Source of the DNA: an uncultured Eubacteriales bacterium
GTDB lineage: Bacteria; Bacillota; Clostridia; TANB77; CAG-508
Direction of reading: 5' to 3'
NCBI GenBank assembly: GCA_902492015.1
Contig: CABUJR010000006.1
Coordinates: forward strand, 50,421 to 114,420
Length of the DNA stretch: 64,000 nucleotides
Made by a program: the position numbers and the translations under genes. Below, one piece after another: positions 19,072 through 30,530 of this stretch. The notes beneath the pieces are model-generated. The model was not told the origin of the DNA. It was given only the letters and a program-made list of their open reading frames with translations, and made no database searches. The stretch's first letter is position 1. Each line of letters starts with the position of its first letter.

Positions 19072-20028
19072 ATGACTTTAGATGAGATATTAGTAGAAAT
19101 AAAAAAATCAGAAAATATAGCTATAATGGCTCATGAAGCACCAGATGGAGACTCCATAGGAAGTAGTTTGGCTATGTGCTTAGCTTTAAGAGATATGGGA
19201 AAAAATGCAGTAGTTTTAATGAAAGATGATTTTCCAGAAAATTTTTCTTACTTACCAGGTAGAGAATATATTAAAGATGAAGCTGAATTTAAAAAATATG
19301 ATATGTCTATTATTTTGGACTGTCCAAATATAAAAAGAATAAATAATGAATTTATTGAAATATTTGAAAATAGTAAAGTTACAGTCCAAATAGATCATCA
19401 TAATAAAAATGATATGTTTGCTGATTATAATGTGGTAAACCATGTTTCACCAGCAACAGCTCAAATATTAGTATCAAGTTTTCAATATCTGAATATAGAA
19501 ATAACAAAAGATATTGCAACTTGTTTATTAACTGGTGTAATAACAGATACTAATGGTTTTAGAAATTCAAATGTAACAATAGAATCTTTTGAGTTTGCTT
19601 CATGGACTTTAGAAAAAGGACTAAACTTATCTAAAATATATAAACAATCAATGCTTACTATGTCACGTTCAAAATTTGAAGCTCAAAAATTAGCTATGAA
19701 TAGAATGGAATTTTTTGCAGATGGTAAAATCTCTTTTACATATATGACAAAAGCTGATGATAAAGCTCTAGATGTAAAAGCTGGAGAACATGATGGTATT
19801 GTTGAAATTGGAAAAAGCATAGAAGGAGTTGAAGTTTCAATTTTTCTATATGAAAAAGAAAAAGGTTATAAAGCTTCACTTCGTTCTAATGAATATGTAA
19901 ATGTTTCAGAAGTTTGTTTAACTTTTGGAGGTGGAGGACATATAAAGGCTGCAGGAGCTACAATGAATATGTCTTTTGAAGAGGCTAAAAATGCAATTAT
20001 TGCAGAAGTAAAAAAACATTTAAAATAA
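19072..20028 (+). CDS. nrnA: DHH-family phosphoesterase (NrnA-like oligoribonuclease/pAp phosphatase)
   Basis: DHHNKND and GGGH motifs. Confidence 0.8.
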   Translation: MTLDEILVEIKKSENIAIMAHEAPDGDSIGSSLAMCLALRDMGKNAVVLMKDDFPENFSYLPGREYIKDEAEFKKYDMSIILDCPNIKRINNEFIEIFENSKVTVQIDHHNKNDMFADYNVVNHVSPATAQILVSSFQYLNIEITKDIATCLLTGVITDTNGFRNSNVTIESFEFASWTLEKGLNLSKIYKQSMLTMSRSKFEAQKLAMNRMEFFADGKISFTYMTKADDKALDVKAGEHDGIVEIGKSIEGVEVSIFLYEKEKGYKASLRSNEYVNVSEVCLTFGGGGHIKAAGATMNMSFEEAKNAIIAEVKKHLK

Positions 20029-20036
20029 TATAAAAC

Positions 20037-20097
20037 AAACACCTATTTAGTAAGTACATAAATAAAAAATATGTACTACTAATTATAGGTGTTTTTT
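20037..20097 (+). terminator. Operon terminator after nrnA
   Basis: Long cacctat...ataggtg hairpin followed by ttttttt. Confidence 0.7.
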
Positions 20098-20193
20098 TGT
20101 AAGATTTTGTTAATTTAAAAGTAATATTTTTGTTATTGCAAGTAGTCTTTAAATGAATTAGAATAATTATATAATAAAATTATTAATTAGGAG

Positions 20194-21042
20194 ATGCAAA
20201 TGATAAAAAATAAGTTTTTACTTATAAGTATATTAATAATTATTTTTATTAGCTTTAGTTTTAGTAGTTCTTATGCTATAGATGTACCAGAAAAGGATAT
20301 TAATTTAGTTATAAAGAATTTAACTAGAGGTTCAGAAGTATATATGTTGTTACCAGAAGATTTAGTAAGATATAATATGCAAAAATTTATTGATAATAAT
20401 ATAGAAAATGTATACTTAGTTGAAAAACAAAAAGCAGAAAAAATTAAAGATTTTTTAGATAAAAATGATTATATTGGATATTTAAATTATCTTATAGAGC
20501 AAAGTTTTGAATGTGAAGATAATGAAATAGAGATAAGGCATTATTGTTTCTGTATAGGAAAATCTGAAATTATTGATTATATGGAATATGAAGGAGTAAA
20601 ATATATCCAGATAAAAATTCATCTAAATTATAATGATGAATTTAAATTAATAATGAAAGATTATTTAACAGAGTATGATGCTTCAAATATAAAATTTATG
20701 ATTGATGAATATGGTTCTATTAGTTATATACATTTGGCTCCAGCAGAATTTAAAGTCAATCCAGATAAACCTTATATTACTGAATATAATTTGATACATA
20801 CTTTTTATAATAATGAAGACTATGGAGAAATTGAAAGAGCTACTGATTTAGCTTATATAATAATTTGGATTATATTAATTATAATTGGAGTAGTGATATT
20901 TAAAAATATTGAGGTGAAACGAAAAGCTAAAAAAGAAGAAATTGAAGCCAGAAAATTTTGGAAGAAAAAACTATCAAAAGAAGAGATTAAAGTAGCAAAA
21001 TCGCAAGCAAAAAAAGAGAAAAAAGAAAAAAATAAAAAATAG
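20194..21042 (+). CDS. Hypothetical secreted/membrane protein with Lys-rich C-terminal tail
   Basis: Signal peptide, C-terminal TM helix, KRKAKKEE... tail. Confidence 0.45.
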   Translation: MQMIKNKFLLISILIIIFISFSFSSSYAIDVPEKDINLVIKNLTRGSEVYMLLPEDLVRYNMQKFIDNNIENVYLVEKQKAEKIKDFLDKNDYIGYLNYLIEQSFECEDNEIEIRHYCFCIGKSEIIDYMEYEGVKYIQIKIHLNYNDEFKLIMKDYLTEYDASNIKFMIDEYGSISYIHLAPAEFKVNPDKPYITEYNLIHTFYNNEDYGEIERATDLAYIIIWIILIIIGVVIFKNIEVKRKAKKEEIEARKFWKKKLSKEEIKVAKSQAKKEKKEKNKK

Positions 21043-21059
21043 GAAAATTTTATTTTCCT
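21041..21059 (+). terminator. Terminator hairpin (aggaaaat...attttcct) plus T-run
   Basis: Overlaps the stop codon of the 20194 gene. Confidence 0.6.
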
Positions 21060-21060
21060 A

Positions 21061-21100
21061 TTTTTTATTTAGTAGGAAAGTGCTCTGCGCCTCCTAAATA
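21061..21100. repeat. ~40-nt repeat copy B (TTTTTTATTTAgTAGGAAAGTGCTCtGcgCCTcCTAAATA)
   Basis: About 85% identical to the 4041-4083 copy. Confidence 0.6.
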
Positions 21101-21249
21101 TTATTTTGTTAATAAATTCTTAATAATTTCTCTATTTTTTCTTAATAACTTTCTGTTATAATTAAAATAGTTAAAAAGCTTGACGAGGGAGTTATAAATT
21201 TTTATAATGAAATGAATAAAAGTAAATAAATAAGAATAGGGGATTTAAA

Positions 21250-21945
21250 ATGTATAATATTTTAGTGTGTGATGATGACAAAGAAATTGTAAAAGCTATA
21301 GAAATATACTTAAACAAAGAAGGATATAATGTTTTAAAAGCTTATGATGGAAATGAATGCTTAAAAATTCTAAATAATAATACAATTCATTTAGTTGTTT
21401 TAGATATTATGATGCCAAATAAAGATGGAATAGAAACTTTGGATGAAATTAGAAAGACTAGTTCTATACCTGTAATCATGCTTTCAGCAAAATCAGAAGA
21501 TGAAGATAAAATAAATGGTTTAAATTTAGGTGCAGATGATTATGTAACAAAACCTTTTAACCCATTAGAATTAATTGCAAGAGTAAATTCAGGTATAAGA
21601 AGATTTACTAAATTAGGTTCGGCAGACCAAACAGAAGGAAAAAATATATATAGATCTGGTGATTTAATAATTGATGATGATTTGAAAAAAGTAACGGTTG
21701 AAGGAAAAGAAGTCAAATTAACACCTACAGAATATAATATTTTAAAATTTCTATTAAAAAATAAGGGCATTGTATATTCTATAGAACAAATTTATCAAAA
21801 TGTTTGGGATGACGAAGCATATGCTGCTGAAAATATAATTGCAGTACATATAAGGCATATAAGAGAAAAAATTGAAATAAATCCTAAAGAACCAAAATAT
21901 TTAAAAGTTATATGGGGAATAGGATATAAAATAGAAAAATTATAA
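21250..21945 (+). CDS. OmpR-family two-component response regulator
   Basis: Receiver domain (DD...D...K) plus winged-helix C-terminus. Confidence 0.88.
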   Translation: MYNILVCDDDKEIVKAIEIYLNKEGYNVLKAYDGNECLKILNNNTIHLVVLDIMMPNKDGIETLDEIRKTSSIPVIMLSAKSEDEDKINGLNLGADDYVTKPFNPLELIARVNSGIRRFTKLGSADQTEGKNIYRSGDLIIDDDLKKVTVEGKEVKLTPTEYNILKFLLKNKGIVYSIEQIYQNVWDDEAYAAENIIAVHIRHIREKIEINPKEPKYLKVIWGIGYKIEKL

Positions 21946-21958
21946 AGGAGGGTGTGTT

Positions 21959-24136
21959 ATGAGAAAAAGTAAAATTTTAAAATGCTTGAGCTATATAGCA
22001 ATACCAATACTTGTTTTAATCCTGCTTGTAGCAACTTTTTATGAAATAGGAAAAGAAGCTATTAAAGGAGATAATTATAATTCAGACTATTTTCAAACAG
22101 ATGATTTTTTAAATAATTATATGTATATTTTATCAGAGGGGGCTAATGATTTAATTTATAATAATGCTACATATAATTCTGTTAAAGATGGTGAAAATAC
22201 AATACGTTATTATAAATATTTTTCAGAATATGTTTATAATGATATAAAAGATTATTTATTTTTAATACAATATAAAAACTTAGCAATAACAAATGTTGAA
22301 TTAACAGAAAATACTAATACGATTGATGAGATAAAAAATTATATTAATTCTCAAGAAGGGCAAAAGGCTAATATATTAAATGGCAATATTCAATCAAATT
22401 CAGAACTTATTAAAAATAAATCATTACAATATTTTGATAGATTTAATTTTAAATATTATACAGTAAATGTTGATAATACTACTCAAAATGTAAGTGAAGA
22501 TGAAATAGATGTTGAACTTACGGAAGTTCCGGAAGATACATATTATACAGAAGATACTGGAGAAATAATAATAGATTCTTCTGAGAATAAAACTTCTAAT
22601 GAAGTGAGAGAATATCATGAAACTAGTATAGCAGATTTTCAAATATATACAACATATAAAGAAGAAATAATAGAAAGAACAGAAAATATTATAGCAGAAC
22701 AAATAATTGATAAAATAGCACCATATGAATCAACTTTTATATATGTAATGCCAATATCAGCAGTTCTGCTTGCTTTAATACTAATATATTTAATTATAGC
22801 AATAGGTCATTCTAAAGGAAAAGAAGAAATTGATTTAAATGATTTAGATAAAATACCACTAGAAATCGTATATATAATAAGCTTTTTAATAGTAGGGTTG
22901 ATTTTATGTATTCCTATTGCTAACATTGAATATAATCATACAAATTTAAATCTTTTTATTAGCTTATTTTTACTAGCATATTTTGTATCATATATTTTTT
23001 GTATGGCAACAGCTATAACTACAATAAAAAGAATAAAAGCTAAAGTCTTATTAAAAAGTACTATTACTGGAAAGATATTTAAATGGTGTATAAACTTATG
23101 CAAGACTATATTTAGAAAAACAAAAGAAGCATATCATGGTATAACAAATAATTGGAACAGGCTTGGTAAATTATTATTAATTATATTTGGATATATAATG
23201 ATTTCAATAGTATTAATAGCACTATTTTATGTGTTAGGAATAATTATATCAATGGGTATAGGAATATATTTAATATATAAATTTAATATAAGACTAAATT
23301 GTTATCAAAATATAGAAAAACATTTAAAAGCTATTTATGAAGGAGATCATTTAAGCAAATTAAATCCAGATGATTTTACAGAAGAATTTCAAGAAATTGT
23401 AAAATATATAAATGATGTGTCAAGTGGATTTGAAAATGCAATTCAAGAAGGAATTAAAAGTGAAAGATTAAAAACAGAACTTATAACTAATGTTTCACAT
23501 GATATAAAAACACCTTTAACTTCAATTATTAATTATGTAGATTTATTGAAAAAAGAAAATATCGAAAATGAAAAAGCAAAAGAATATATAGAAATTTTAG
23601 ATGGAAAATCACAAAGATTGAAAAAATTAATTGAAGACTTAGTAGAAGCATCAAAAGCTTCTTCTGGAAATGTAAAGTTAAATATAGAAAAAATAAATAT
23701 ATCTGAACTTGTGAAACAAACAACTGGAGAATTTGAAGATAAGTTTAAAGATAAGAATTTAGATATAATAACAAGCTTTCCTGAAGACATTGTTTATATA
23801 AATGCAGATAATAGATATATGTATAGAATTATAGAAAATCTATTTAGCAATATATCAAAATATGCACTAGAAAATTCTAGAGTATATATTGATGTAAAAA
23901 CTAAAGGCAATAAAGTAAAAATTTATATTAAAAATATATCAAAAGAAAAATTAAATATTAGTGCAGACGAGTTAATGCAAAGATTTGTTAGAGGAGATAA
24001 ATCTAGAACTACAGAAGGAAGTGGACTTGGAATTTCAATTTCAAAGAGCTTAACAGAAATTCAAAATGGAAAATTTGAATTGCAAGTAGATGGAGATTTA
24101 TTTAAAGTAGAATTGGAATTTGATATAGTATATTAA
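21959..24136 (+). CDS. Sensor histidine kinase with large extracellular sensor domain
   Basis: Two TM helices, HAMP-like region, H-box HDIKTPLTSI, and an HATPase region. Confidence 0.85.
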   Translation: MRKSKILKCLSYIAIPILVLILLVATFYEIGKEAIKGDNYNSDYFQTDDFLNNYMYILSEGANDLIYNNATYNSVKDGENTIRYYKYFSEYVYNDIKDYLFLIQYKNLAITNVELTENTNTIDEIKNYINSQEGQKANILNGNIQSNSELIKNKSLQYFDRFNFKYYTVNVDNTTQNVSEDEIDVELTEVPEDTYYTEDTGEIIIDSSENKTSNEVREYHETSIADFQIYTTYKEEIIERTENIIAEQIIDKIAPYESTFIYVMPISAVLLALILIYLIIAIGHSKGKEEIDLNDLDKIPLEIVYIISFLIVGLILCIPIANIEYNHTNLNLFISLFLLAYFVSYIFCMATAITTIKRIKAKVLLKSTITGKIFKWCINLCKTIFRKTKEAYHGITNNWNRLGKLLLIIFGYIMISIVLIALFYVLGIIISMGIGIYLIYKFNIRLNCYQNIEKHLKAIYEGDHLSKLNPDDFTEEFQEIVKYINDVSSGFENAIQEGIKSERLKTELITNVSHDIKTPLTSIINYVDLLKKENIENEKAKEYIEILDGKSQRLKKLIEDLVEASKASSGNVKLNIEKINISELVKQTTGEFEDKFKDKNLDIITSFPEDIVYINADNRYMYRIIENLFSNISKYALENSRVYIDVKTKGNKVKIYIKNISKEKLNISADELMQRFVRGDKSRTTEGSGLGISISKSLTEIQNGKFELQVDGDLFKVELEFDIVY

Positions 24137-24149
24137 AATATAGAAAGGA

Positions 24150-24176
24150 TATTTCAGTAGCTGAAATATCCTTTTT
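24150..24176 (+). terminator. Terminator after histidine kinase
   Basis: ggatatttcag / ctgaaatatcc hairpin followed by ttttt. Confidence 0.65.
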
Positions 24177-24283
24177 GTATAATTTAATATTTTATATAAA
24201 GTATTTTCTTAAATATGCACAAAAAAATTTAAAAAAATTATGAAAAATGTATAAATTTCAAAAATTTACCAATAATAAGCTCT

Positions 24284-25024
24284 ATGAAGAAGAGTGTTTT
24301 TTGGAAATTTTTAATTTATTTTATTATTTATAGCATAATAGGATTTATTTTAGAAACTGTATATGGAATATTTACAAAAGGAATGTTAGAAAGTAGACAG
24401 AGTTTTTTATATGGACCTTTTTGCATTGTATATGGAATAGCAGCTATTGTTATGATAATTGTTTTAACAAAATATAAAGATAATACAAAAAAGCTATTTT
24501 TCTATGGAATTTTTGTAGGATGTTTGGTAGAGTATTTAGCCAGTTATATTGGTGAGTTAATGTTTCATGTAAAATGGTGGGATTATTCAAATGACTTTTT
24601 AAATATAAATGGAAGAACTTGTCTTTATTATGCTATTTTATGGGGAATTTTATCTATTATTTTAATAAGATATTTTAATCCTGCTTTAGATAAAGCAATA
24701 AATTTTGTAATAGAAAAAGTATCAAATCTTTTACTTAAACTCGCAATTTCAGTAGTTACATTATTTATGGCGATAGATGGATTAATTACTTGTTATGCTT
24801 TAGATGTTTTTTTAGTAAGAGTTGCCAACGAATACAATATAAATATTAACGGAATTGATAAAGAAGAGGTTAGTAATTTATACTTTGCAGAAGCATTTTC
24901 AGATGAAAAAATGATGATGACATATCCTAATATACTGGTAGTAAATGATAAAGATGAAATTATTCCTTTAGCTACAGTATTAAGTGATATTAAAAATTAT
25001 TATTACAAATTTGGGGACAAATAA
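24284..25024 (+). CDS. Hypothetical polytopic membrane protein (DUF1113-like?)
   Basis: Multiple TM helices; IIYSIIGFILETVY motif. Confidence 0.45.
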   Translation: MKKSVFWKFLIYFIIYSIIGFILETVYGIFTKGMLESRQSFLYGPFCIVYGIAAIVMIIVLTKYKDNTKKLFFYGIFVGCLVEYLASYIGELMFHVKWWDYSNDFLNINGRTCLYYAILWGILSIILIRYFNPALDKAINFVIEKVSNLLLKLAISVVTLFMAIDGLITCYALDVFLVRVANEYNININGIDKEEVSNLYFAEAFSDEKMMMTYPNILVVNDKDEIIPLATVLSDIKNYYYKFGDK

Positions 25025-25280
25025 TATTGTCCTCTTTTTATTTCTGCTTTGAACTTTATGACTTAGAAAGTATTAGAAAATCTTTTATATGAAGATTTTT
25101 AAAAAAAGTAGATAATTTTAAGTTGTCTTGTAATAATTCTGAGTTAATGATAATATAAATTATGTTAAAAGCTTATCTACATTAACTATATTAATAAATA
25201 ATTAATAAGGATTTGAAAAAAATTTAGTAGTTATTACTTATAAGTAAGACAAGTTATTTAAGGTTAAAGGAGATATCTAA

Positions 25281-25784
25281 ATGTACGATAAAATAGCAAT
25301 TATTGGAGCACCAGGCACAGGAAAAACAACTTTAGCAAACAAGCTATCCAAAATATATAATATAGAAGCAACACATATAGATGGAATACATCATCTAGAA
25401 AATTGGGTTCAAAGAGATAAAAAAGAAAGAGATGAATTAATTTTAAATATTGTAAAAAAAGAAAAATGGATAATAGATGGTACATATAAATCAACTTTAA
25501 GAGAGAGATTAGAAAGAGCTGATTTAATAATTTGGTTAGATTTTTCTACTTTCAATCAGTTAAAAGGAGTAATTACTAGATATTTAAAAAATAAGGGAAA
25601 TGAAAAACCAGAAATTCCAGGCTGCAGAGAAAAATTAGATAAAGAATTTTTATTTTATGTTCTTAATTATAATAAAAATAAGAGAAAATATATTGTAGAA
25701 AATTTAGAAAATATAGACAAAGAAAAATTGTTAGTATTTAAAAATAGGAAAATGCTTAATGATTGGTTAGAAAATATAGAATAA
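25281..25784 (+). CDS. P-loop NTPase/nucleotide kinase-like protein (AAA, FlaR/adenylate-kinase-like)
   Basis: Walker A GAPGTGKTT. Confidence 0.6.
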   Translation: MYDKIAIIGAPGTGKTTLANKLSKIYNIEATHIDGIHHLENWVQRDKKERDELILNIVKKEKWIIDGTYKSTLRERLERADLIIWLDFSTFNQLKGVITRYLKNKGNEKPEIPGCREKLDKEFLFYVLNYNKNKRKYIVENLENIDKEKLLVFKNRKMLNDWLENIE

Positions 25785-25970
25785 TCTATAAAAAATATAT
25801 TAGAGTTAATAATTTTGTATTTTTAAAACTAAATTATTTGGCTTGTAAAAATATAATTATAGTGATAATATATATAAGATAAATTTAAAATAAAGAATTT
25901 CTTATCATATAAAAAGGTTTATAGATACCATAAAATCTAAATACACAAGAAAGGTAATAACTAAGTTTTA

Positions 25971-27488
25971 ATGGCAAAGAAAAGTATTACAAGAAATTAT
26001 ATATATAATATGGTATATCAAGTGTTAATACTTATATTACCATTAGTAACAACTCCATATTTGTCTAGAGTTTTAGGAGCTGAAGGAATAGGTATATATA
26101 GTTATACTTATGCAATAGTTACATATTTTATTTTGTTTGGTTCTTTAGGAGTTGCTTTATATGGGCAAAGAGAAATTGCTTATGCACAGGAAAATCCTGA
26201 AAAAAGAAAACAAATTTTTATAGAAGTTGTTCTATTTAGAGCAATAACTATCTTAATTGCAACAATAGTATATTATTTTATTTTTGTTAATGGAAAAGAA
26301 TATCAAATATATTACAAAATTTTAATTCTAGAATTAATTGCTGCAGCTTTTGATATAAGTTGGTTTTTTCAAGGAATAGAAGAATTTAAAAAAACAGTTA
26401 CAAGAAATGTTTTGGTAAGAATTTGTAGTGTAAGCTTGGTTTTTATTTTAGTAAAAAATCAAGAAGATTTGGCAAAATTTACATTAATATATTCACTTGC
26501 AGATTTAATAGGAAATTTATCTTTATGGATATATTTACCTAAATATATTAAAGGAATAAAAATAGATGGTGTAAATATAAAAAGACATATACCTCATATA
26601 GTTTTATTATTTATTCCACAAATTGCAAATCAAATTTATAATATCTTAGATACTACTATGATTGGTTGGCTTATTGATGATAAATCTGAAACAGGTTTTT
26701 ACGAACAAGCTCACAAAGTTATTAGATTATTGCTTACTATAGTAAATTCTTTAGGAGTTGTTATGATTCCAAGAATGGCAAATGCTTTTGCTAATAATGA
26801 TAAGAAACAAATTAACGCTTATATGAGAATGTCTTTTAATTTTACATTCTTTTTATCTTTTCCAATAATGCTCGGAATTGCAAGTATTTCTAGAGAATTT
26901 GTACCAGTATTTTTTGGAGAAGGCTATGATAAAGTAAATTATATTATATATGTATTAAGTCCAATGGTGTTGCTAATGGGACTTGCTAATGTTTTAGGAA
27001 CACAATACTTGTTACCTACAAAAAGACAAAAAGAGTATACTTCTTCAGTTACAATAGGAGTAATAGTTAATTTTATATTAAATTATATTTTTATATCACT
27101 TTGGCAATCAATAGGTGCAGCTATTGCAACAGTACTTTCACAATTAGTAGTAGATGCGCTTCAATATAGACATGTAAAAAATGAAATTTCAATAAAAGAA
27201 TTATTAAAAATGGCTTGGAAATATTTGCTTTCGGCTTTAGTAATGTTTGCAGTTTGTTTCGGCATAAGAAATATTTTAGAAATTAATTTGATTTCTAATG
27301 CTATAGAAACTTTTGCTTCAAATTTAGAAATGAATAAGGTTTATATTTTTAACTGTATTTCAATAGCATGTCAAGTGATTTTAGGAGCAATAACATATTT
27401 AGTTATGCTAATAATTTTAAAAGATTCTTATGTATATAGTTTCTTGAATAAAATAAAAAATAGATTTTTAAAAAAGAAAGAAGTATAA
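25971..27488 (+). CDS. Polysaccharide biosynthesis protein / Wzx-type flippase
   Basis: About 14-TM MOP-superfamily architecture and a typical N-terminus NMVYQVLILILPLVTTPYLSRVLG. Confidence 0.75.
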   Translation: MAKKSITRNYIYNMVYQVLILILPLVTTPYLSRVLGAEGIGIYSYTYAIVTYFILFGSLGVALYGQREIAYAQENPEKRKQIFIEVVLFRAITILIATIVYYFIFVNGKEYQIYYKILILELIAAAFDISWFFQGIEEFKKTVTRNVLVRICSVSLVFILVKNQEDLAKFTLIYSLADLIGNLSLWIYLPKYIKGIKIDGVNIKRHIPHIVLLFIPQIANQIYNILDTTMIGWLIDDKSETGFYEQAHKVIRLLLTIVNSLGVVMIPRMANAFANNDKKQINAYMRMSFNFTFFLSFPIMLGIASISREFVPVFFGEGYDKVNYIIYVLSPMVLLMGLANVLGTQYLLPTKRQKEYTSSVTIGVIVNFILNYIFISLWQSIGAAIATVLSQLVVDALQYRHVKNEISIKELLKMAWKYLLSALVMFAVCFGIRNILEINLISNAIETFASNLEMNKVYIFNCISIACQVILGAITYLVMLIILKDSYVYSFLNKIKNRFLKKKEV

Positions 27489-27489
27489 A

Positions 27490-28095
27490 ATGAAAGAAAA
27501 TAGAATACTTGCAATATTTGGTGGATCTTTTAATCCACCATTAAATTCACATTTTTCACTTGCTCAACAGATAGTGAATGAATATGAAAATATAGAAAAA
27601 GTAATATTTGTACCAGTTAACTCAAAATATGAAAAAAGTGGACTAATCTCAAATGAGCATAGATATAATATGTTAAAACTAGTTTGTGATAAAAATGAAA
27701 ATTTTTTAGTCTCAGACATAGAAATAAAACAAGATAGACAATTATATACTTTAGAAACTTTAGAAATTCTTCAAAATATGTATCCACATAATACTATTTG
27801 TTTTACCCTTGGAACAGATAATTTAAAAGAATTTTCTAAATGGAATGAACCAGAAAAAATTGCATCTAAATTTAAAGTACTTGTTTTAGAACGTGATGAA
27901 GATAGTATGGAAGATATAATAGAAAATGATGAATTTTTAAAAAAATACAGAAACTCTTTTATTAAATTAAAAGAAAATATAAGAAGCAATATAAGTTCAA
28001 GTTTTGTAAGAGAAAAATTAAAGAGAAATAAAAGTATAAGATATTTAACACCTGATGAGGTTTATTATTATATTAAAGAACATAATTTATATTAA
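27490..28095 (+). CDS. nadD: Nicotinate-nucleotide adenylyltransferase
   Basis: GGSFNPPLNSH is the (H/T)xGH nucleotidyltransferase motif. Confidence 0.85.
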   Translation: MKENRILAIFGGSFNPPLNSHFSLAQQIVNEYENIEKVIFVPVNSKYEKSGLISNEHRYNMLKLVCDKNENFLVSDIEIKQDRQLYTLETLEILQNMYPHNTICFTLGTDNLKEFSKWNEPEKIASKFKVLVLERDEDSMEDIIENDEFLKKYRNSFIKLKENIRSNISSSFVREKLKRNKSIRYLTPDEVYYYIKEHNLY

Positions 28096-28192
28096 AATAA
28101 AAAATGCAAATATCGAAAAAAGAATTTAAAATAATAAATAAGGAAAATAATAGTATAAGAAGTATTATTTTGATTTGAAAGGAAAAGAAATA

Positions 28193-28960
28193 ATGTTAGA
28201 AAAACAAAAATTAATTGAAGAGGCAGAAAAAGCAATTTCTTGGATAAGAGAATATGTAGATAAAGTAGGAGCAAGTGGGGTAGTTATTGGAAATAGTGGG
28301 GGAAAGGATTCGGCTACAGTTATAGCAATGGCACACAAGGCTTTAGGAAAAGATAAAATAATTACAGTTGCTATGCCATGCAATTCTATACATGCTGATC
28401 TAGAAGATGCTAAATTGGTTTCAAAAACTTTTGATGTTCCTTTTTTAGAAATAGATTTATCTAATACTTATCAAGAATTAGAAAATGTAATTAATATAAC
28501 AGATATAAATCTAAATTCTGAAGCAAAAATAAATATAAAACCTAGATTGAGAATGACAGCACTATATGCAATAGCTCAATCTTTAAATTATCTAGTACTT
28601 GGTACAGGAAATTTATGTGAAAGAATGGTTGGATATACTACAAAATGGGGAGATAGCGCTTCTGATTTTAATCCTATTGCTAATTTTACAGTTGAAGAAG
28701 TACTTGAGATTGGAAAATACTTAGGAGTTCCCGCAAAAATAATAAAAAAAGCTCCTTCAGATGGATTAGGAACATTAACAGATGAAGAAAAAATGGGAAT
28801 CACTTATAAACAAATTTCAGAATATATAGAAACTGGAAAAACAGATGAAGATGCTATGAAAAAAATTGAATATAAAAATAGAATATCAATGCATAAAAGA
28901 GAACCAATTCCTATATATGATTTTAAGAGAACAAATTTTTTAGAAAAGAATATTAAATAA
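28193..28960 (+). CDS. nadE: NH3-dependent NAD+ synthetase
   Basis: SGGKDS PP-loop. ATG 28193 has RBS aaagga. The longer ORF from TTG 28175 is also possible. Confidence 0.85.
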   Translation: MLEKQKLIEEAEKAISWIREYVDKVGASGVVIGNSGGKDSATVIAMAHKALGKDKIITVAMPCNSIHADLEDAKLVSKTFDVPFLEIDLSNTYQELENVINITDINLNSEAKINIKPRLRMTALYAIAQSLNYLVLGTGNLCERMVGYTTKWGDSASDFNPIANFTVEEVLEIGKYLGVPAKIIKKAPSDGLGTLTDEEKMGITYKQISEYIETGKTDEDAMKKIEYKNRISMHKREPIPIYDFKRTNFLEKNIK

Positions 28961-29102
28961 TAAGTAAAGACGGTATGGATTTAATTCACATATCGTCTTT
29001 ATTTATAGGTATATTATATTTTATATAAAGTATGTCAATTTATATAAATTTTATAAAAATTATATTATAAAATTTAATTTATTCTAAAAAGTTTAAAAAA
29101 TA

Positions 29103-30530
29103 TTAGTGATTTTGTAACATTTCTTGTTTTAAATTCCATAATTTTGGGGATAAGTCCACAAAATATTTATGAGGATTATCTATACGTTTAATTTCTTCCC
29201 AGAAAGTATCTAAATCCTTTTTTGAATATTCAGCAATTTCTTCTAAAGATGGTGGATTATATACTAATTTTCCTTGTTTGAAAATTAAAGTTTGAAGTTC
29301 TTTTACATAGTAGTTATTTAGAGTTTTCTTTTTCCAAGTATCAACTGGGTCAAATATTGTATATTCATTTTCTTCAATTTTTTCATCACTTAAAGTTATT
29401 ACATCAGCTAAAGCTTTATTATCTGATTTTGAATAAAATCTAAAAACTTTTTTATAGCTAGGATTTGTAACTTTTGCAACATTTTCACTTATTTTTATTT
29501 TAGGAATAATAGTTTCGTTTTTTTCTAAAGCTACAAGTTTATAAACTCCTCCGAAAACAGGATCACTTTTAGCTGTTATTAAGTTTTCTCCAACACCGAA
29601 TAAATCAATTTGGGCATCTTGTTCGAATAAGGAAGCAATTAGTTTTTCATCTAAAGAATTTGTTACACAGATTTTGCAGTCCTCATAACCTGCATTATCT
29701 AAAAGCTTCCTAACCTCTTTAGAAAGATAAGCTAAATCACCACTATCTAATCTAACAGCAACAGGTCTTTTTCCTAAAGGCTTTAAAACTTCATTTGAAA
29801 CCCTTATCATATTTGGAATACCACTTTTTAGAGTATTATAAGTATCAACAAGAAAAGTACAGCCATCAGGATAAATTTCTGCATAAGCTTTAAAAGCTTC
29901 ATATTCAGAATCAAAACTTTGTATCCAGCTATGTGCCATTGTTCCACTTACAGGTACATTAAATTCTTTTGCTGAAACAGTGCAAGAAGTTCCAACTGCT
30001 CCACCTATTATAGCAGCTCTTGCGCCTAGAATTGCAGCATCAGGTCCATGTGCTCTTCTTGCACCAAATTCCATAACAGGTCTATTTTTTGCTTGATTTA
30101 CAATTCTTCTAGTTTTTGTTGCAATTAGGCTTTGATGATTAATAGTTAAAAGTAACATGGTTTCCAAAAGTTGAGCTTCAATAATAGGGGCTCTAACAGT
30201 AATTAAAGGTTCATTAGGAAATATAACAGTTCCTTCAGGTATTGCCCAAATATCACCTGTAAATTTAAATTTAGATAAGTAATCTATAAATTTTTCTGAA
30301 AAAATATTTCTTTCTCTTAAATATTTAATATCTTCTTTTGAAAAACTAAAATCTTTTATAAAATTTATAATTTGTTCTAATCCGGCAAAAACAGCAAAAC
30401 CACCATTATCTGGGATTTTTCTAAAAAACACATCAAAATATGCTATATCATTCATGTTTTTTTCTAAATAGCCATTTGCCATAGTAAATTCATAAAAGTC
30501 TGCAATCATCTCTAAATTTCTTTTATCCAT
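29103..30530 (-). CDS. pncB: Nicotinate phosphoribosyltransferase
   Basis: 475 aa with a NAPRTase-like N-terminus MDKRNLEMIADFYEFTMANGY. Confidence 0.8.
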   Translation of the reverse strand: MDKRNLEMIADFYEFTMANGYLEKNMNDIAYFDVFFRKIPDNGGFAVFAGLEQIINFIKDFSFSKEDIKYLRERNIFSEKFIDYLSKFKFTGDIWAIPEGTVIFPNEPLITVRAPIIEAQLLETMLLLTINHQSLIATKTRRIVNQAKNRPVMEFGARRAHGPDAAILGARAAIIGGAVGTSCTVSAKEFNVPVSGTMAHSWIQSFDSEYEAFKAYAEIYPDGCTFLVDTYNTLKSGIPNMIRVSNEVLKPLGKRPVAVRLDSGDLAYLSKEVRKLLDNAGYEDCKICVTNSLDEKLIASLFEQDAQIDLFGVGENLITAKSDPVFGGVYKLVALEKNETIIPKIKISENVAKVTNPSYKKVFRFYSKSDNKALADVITLSDEKIEENEYTIFDPVDTWKKKTLNNYYVKELQTLIFKQGKLVYNPPSLEEIAEYSKKDLDTFWEEIKRIDNPHKYFVDLSPKLWNLKQEMLQNH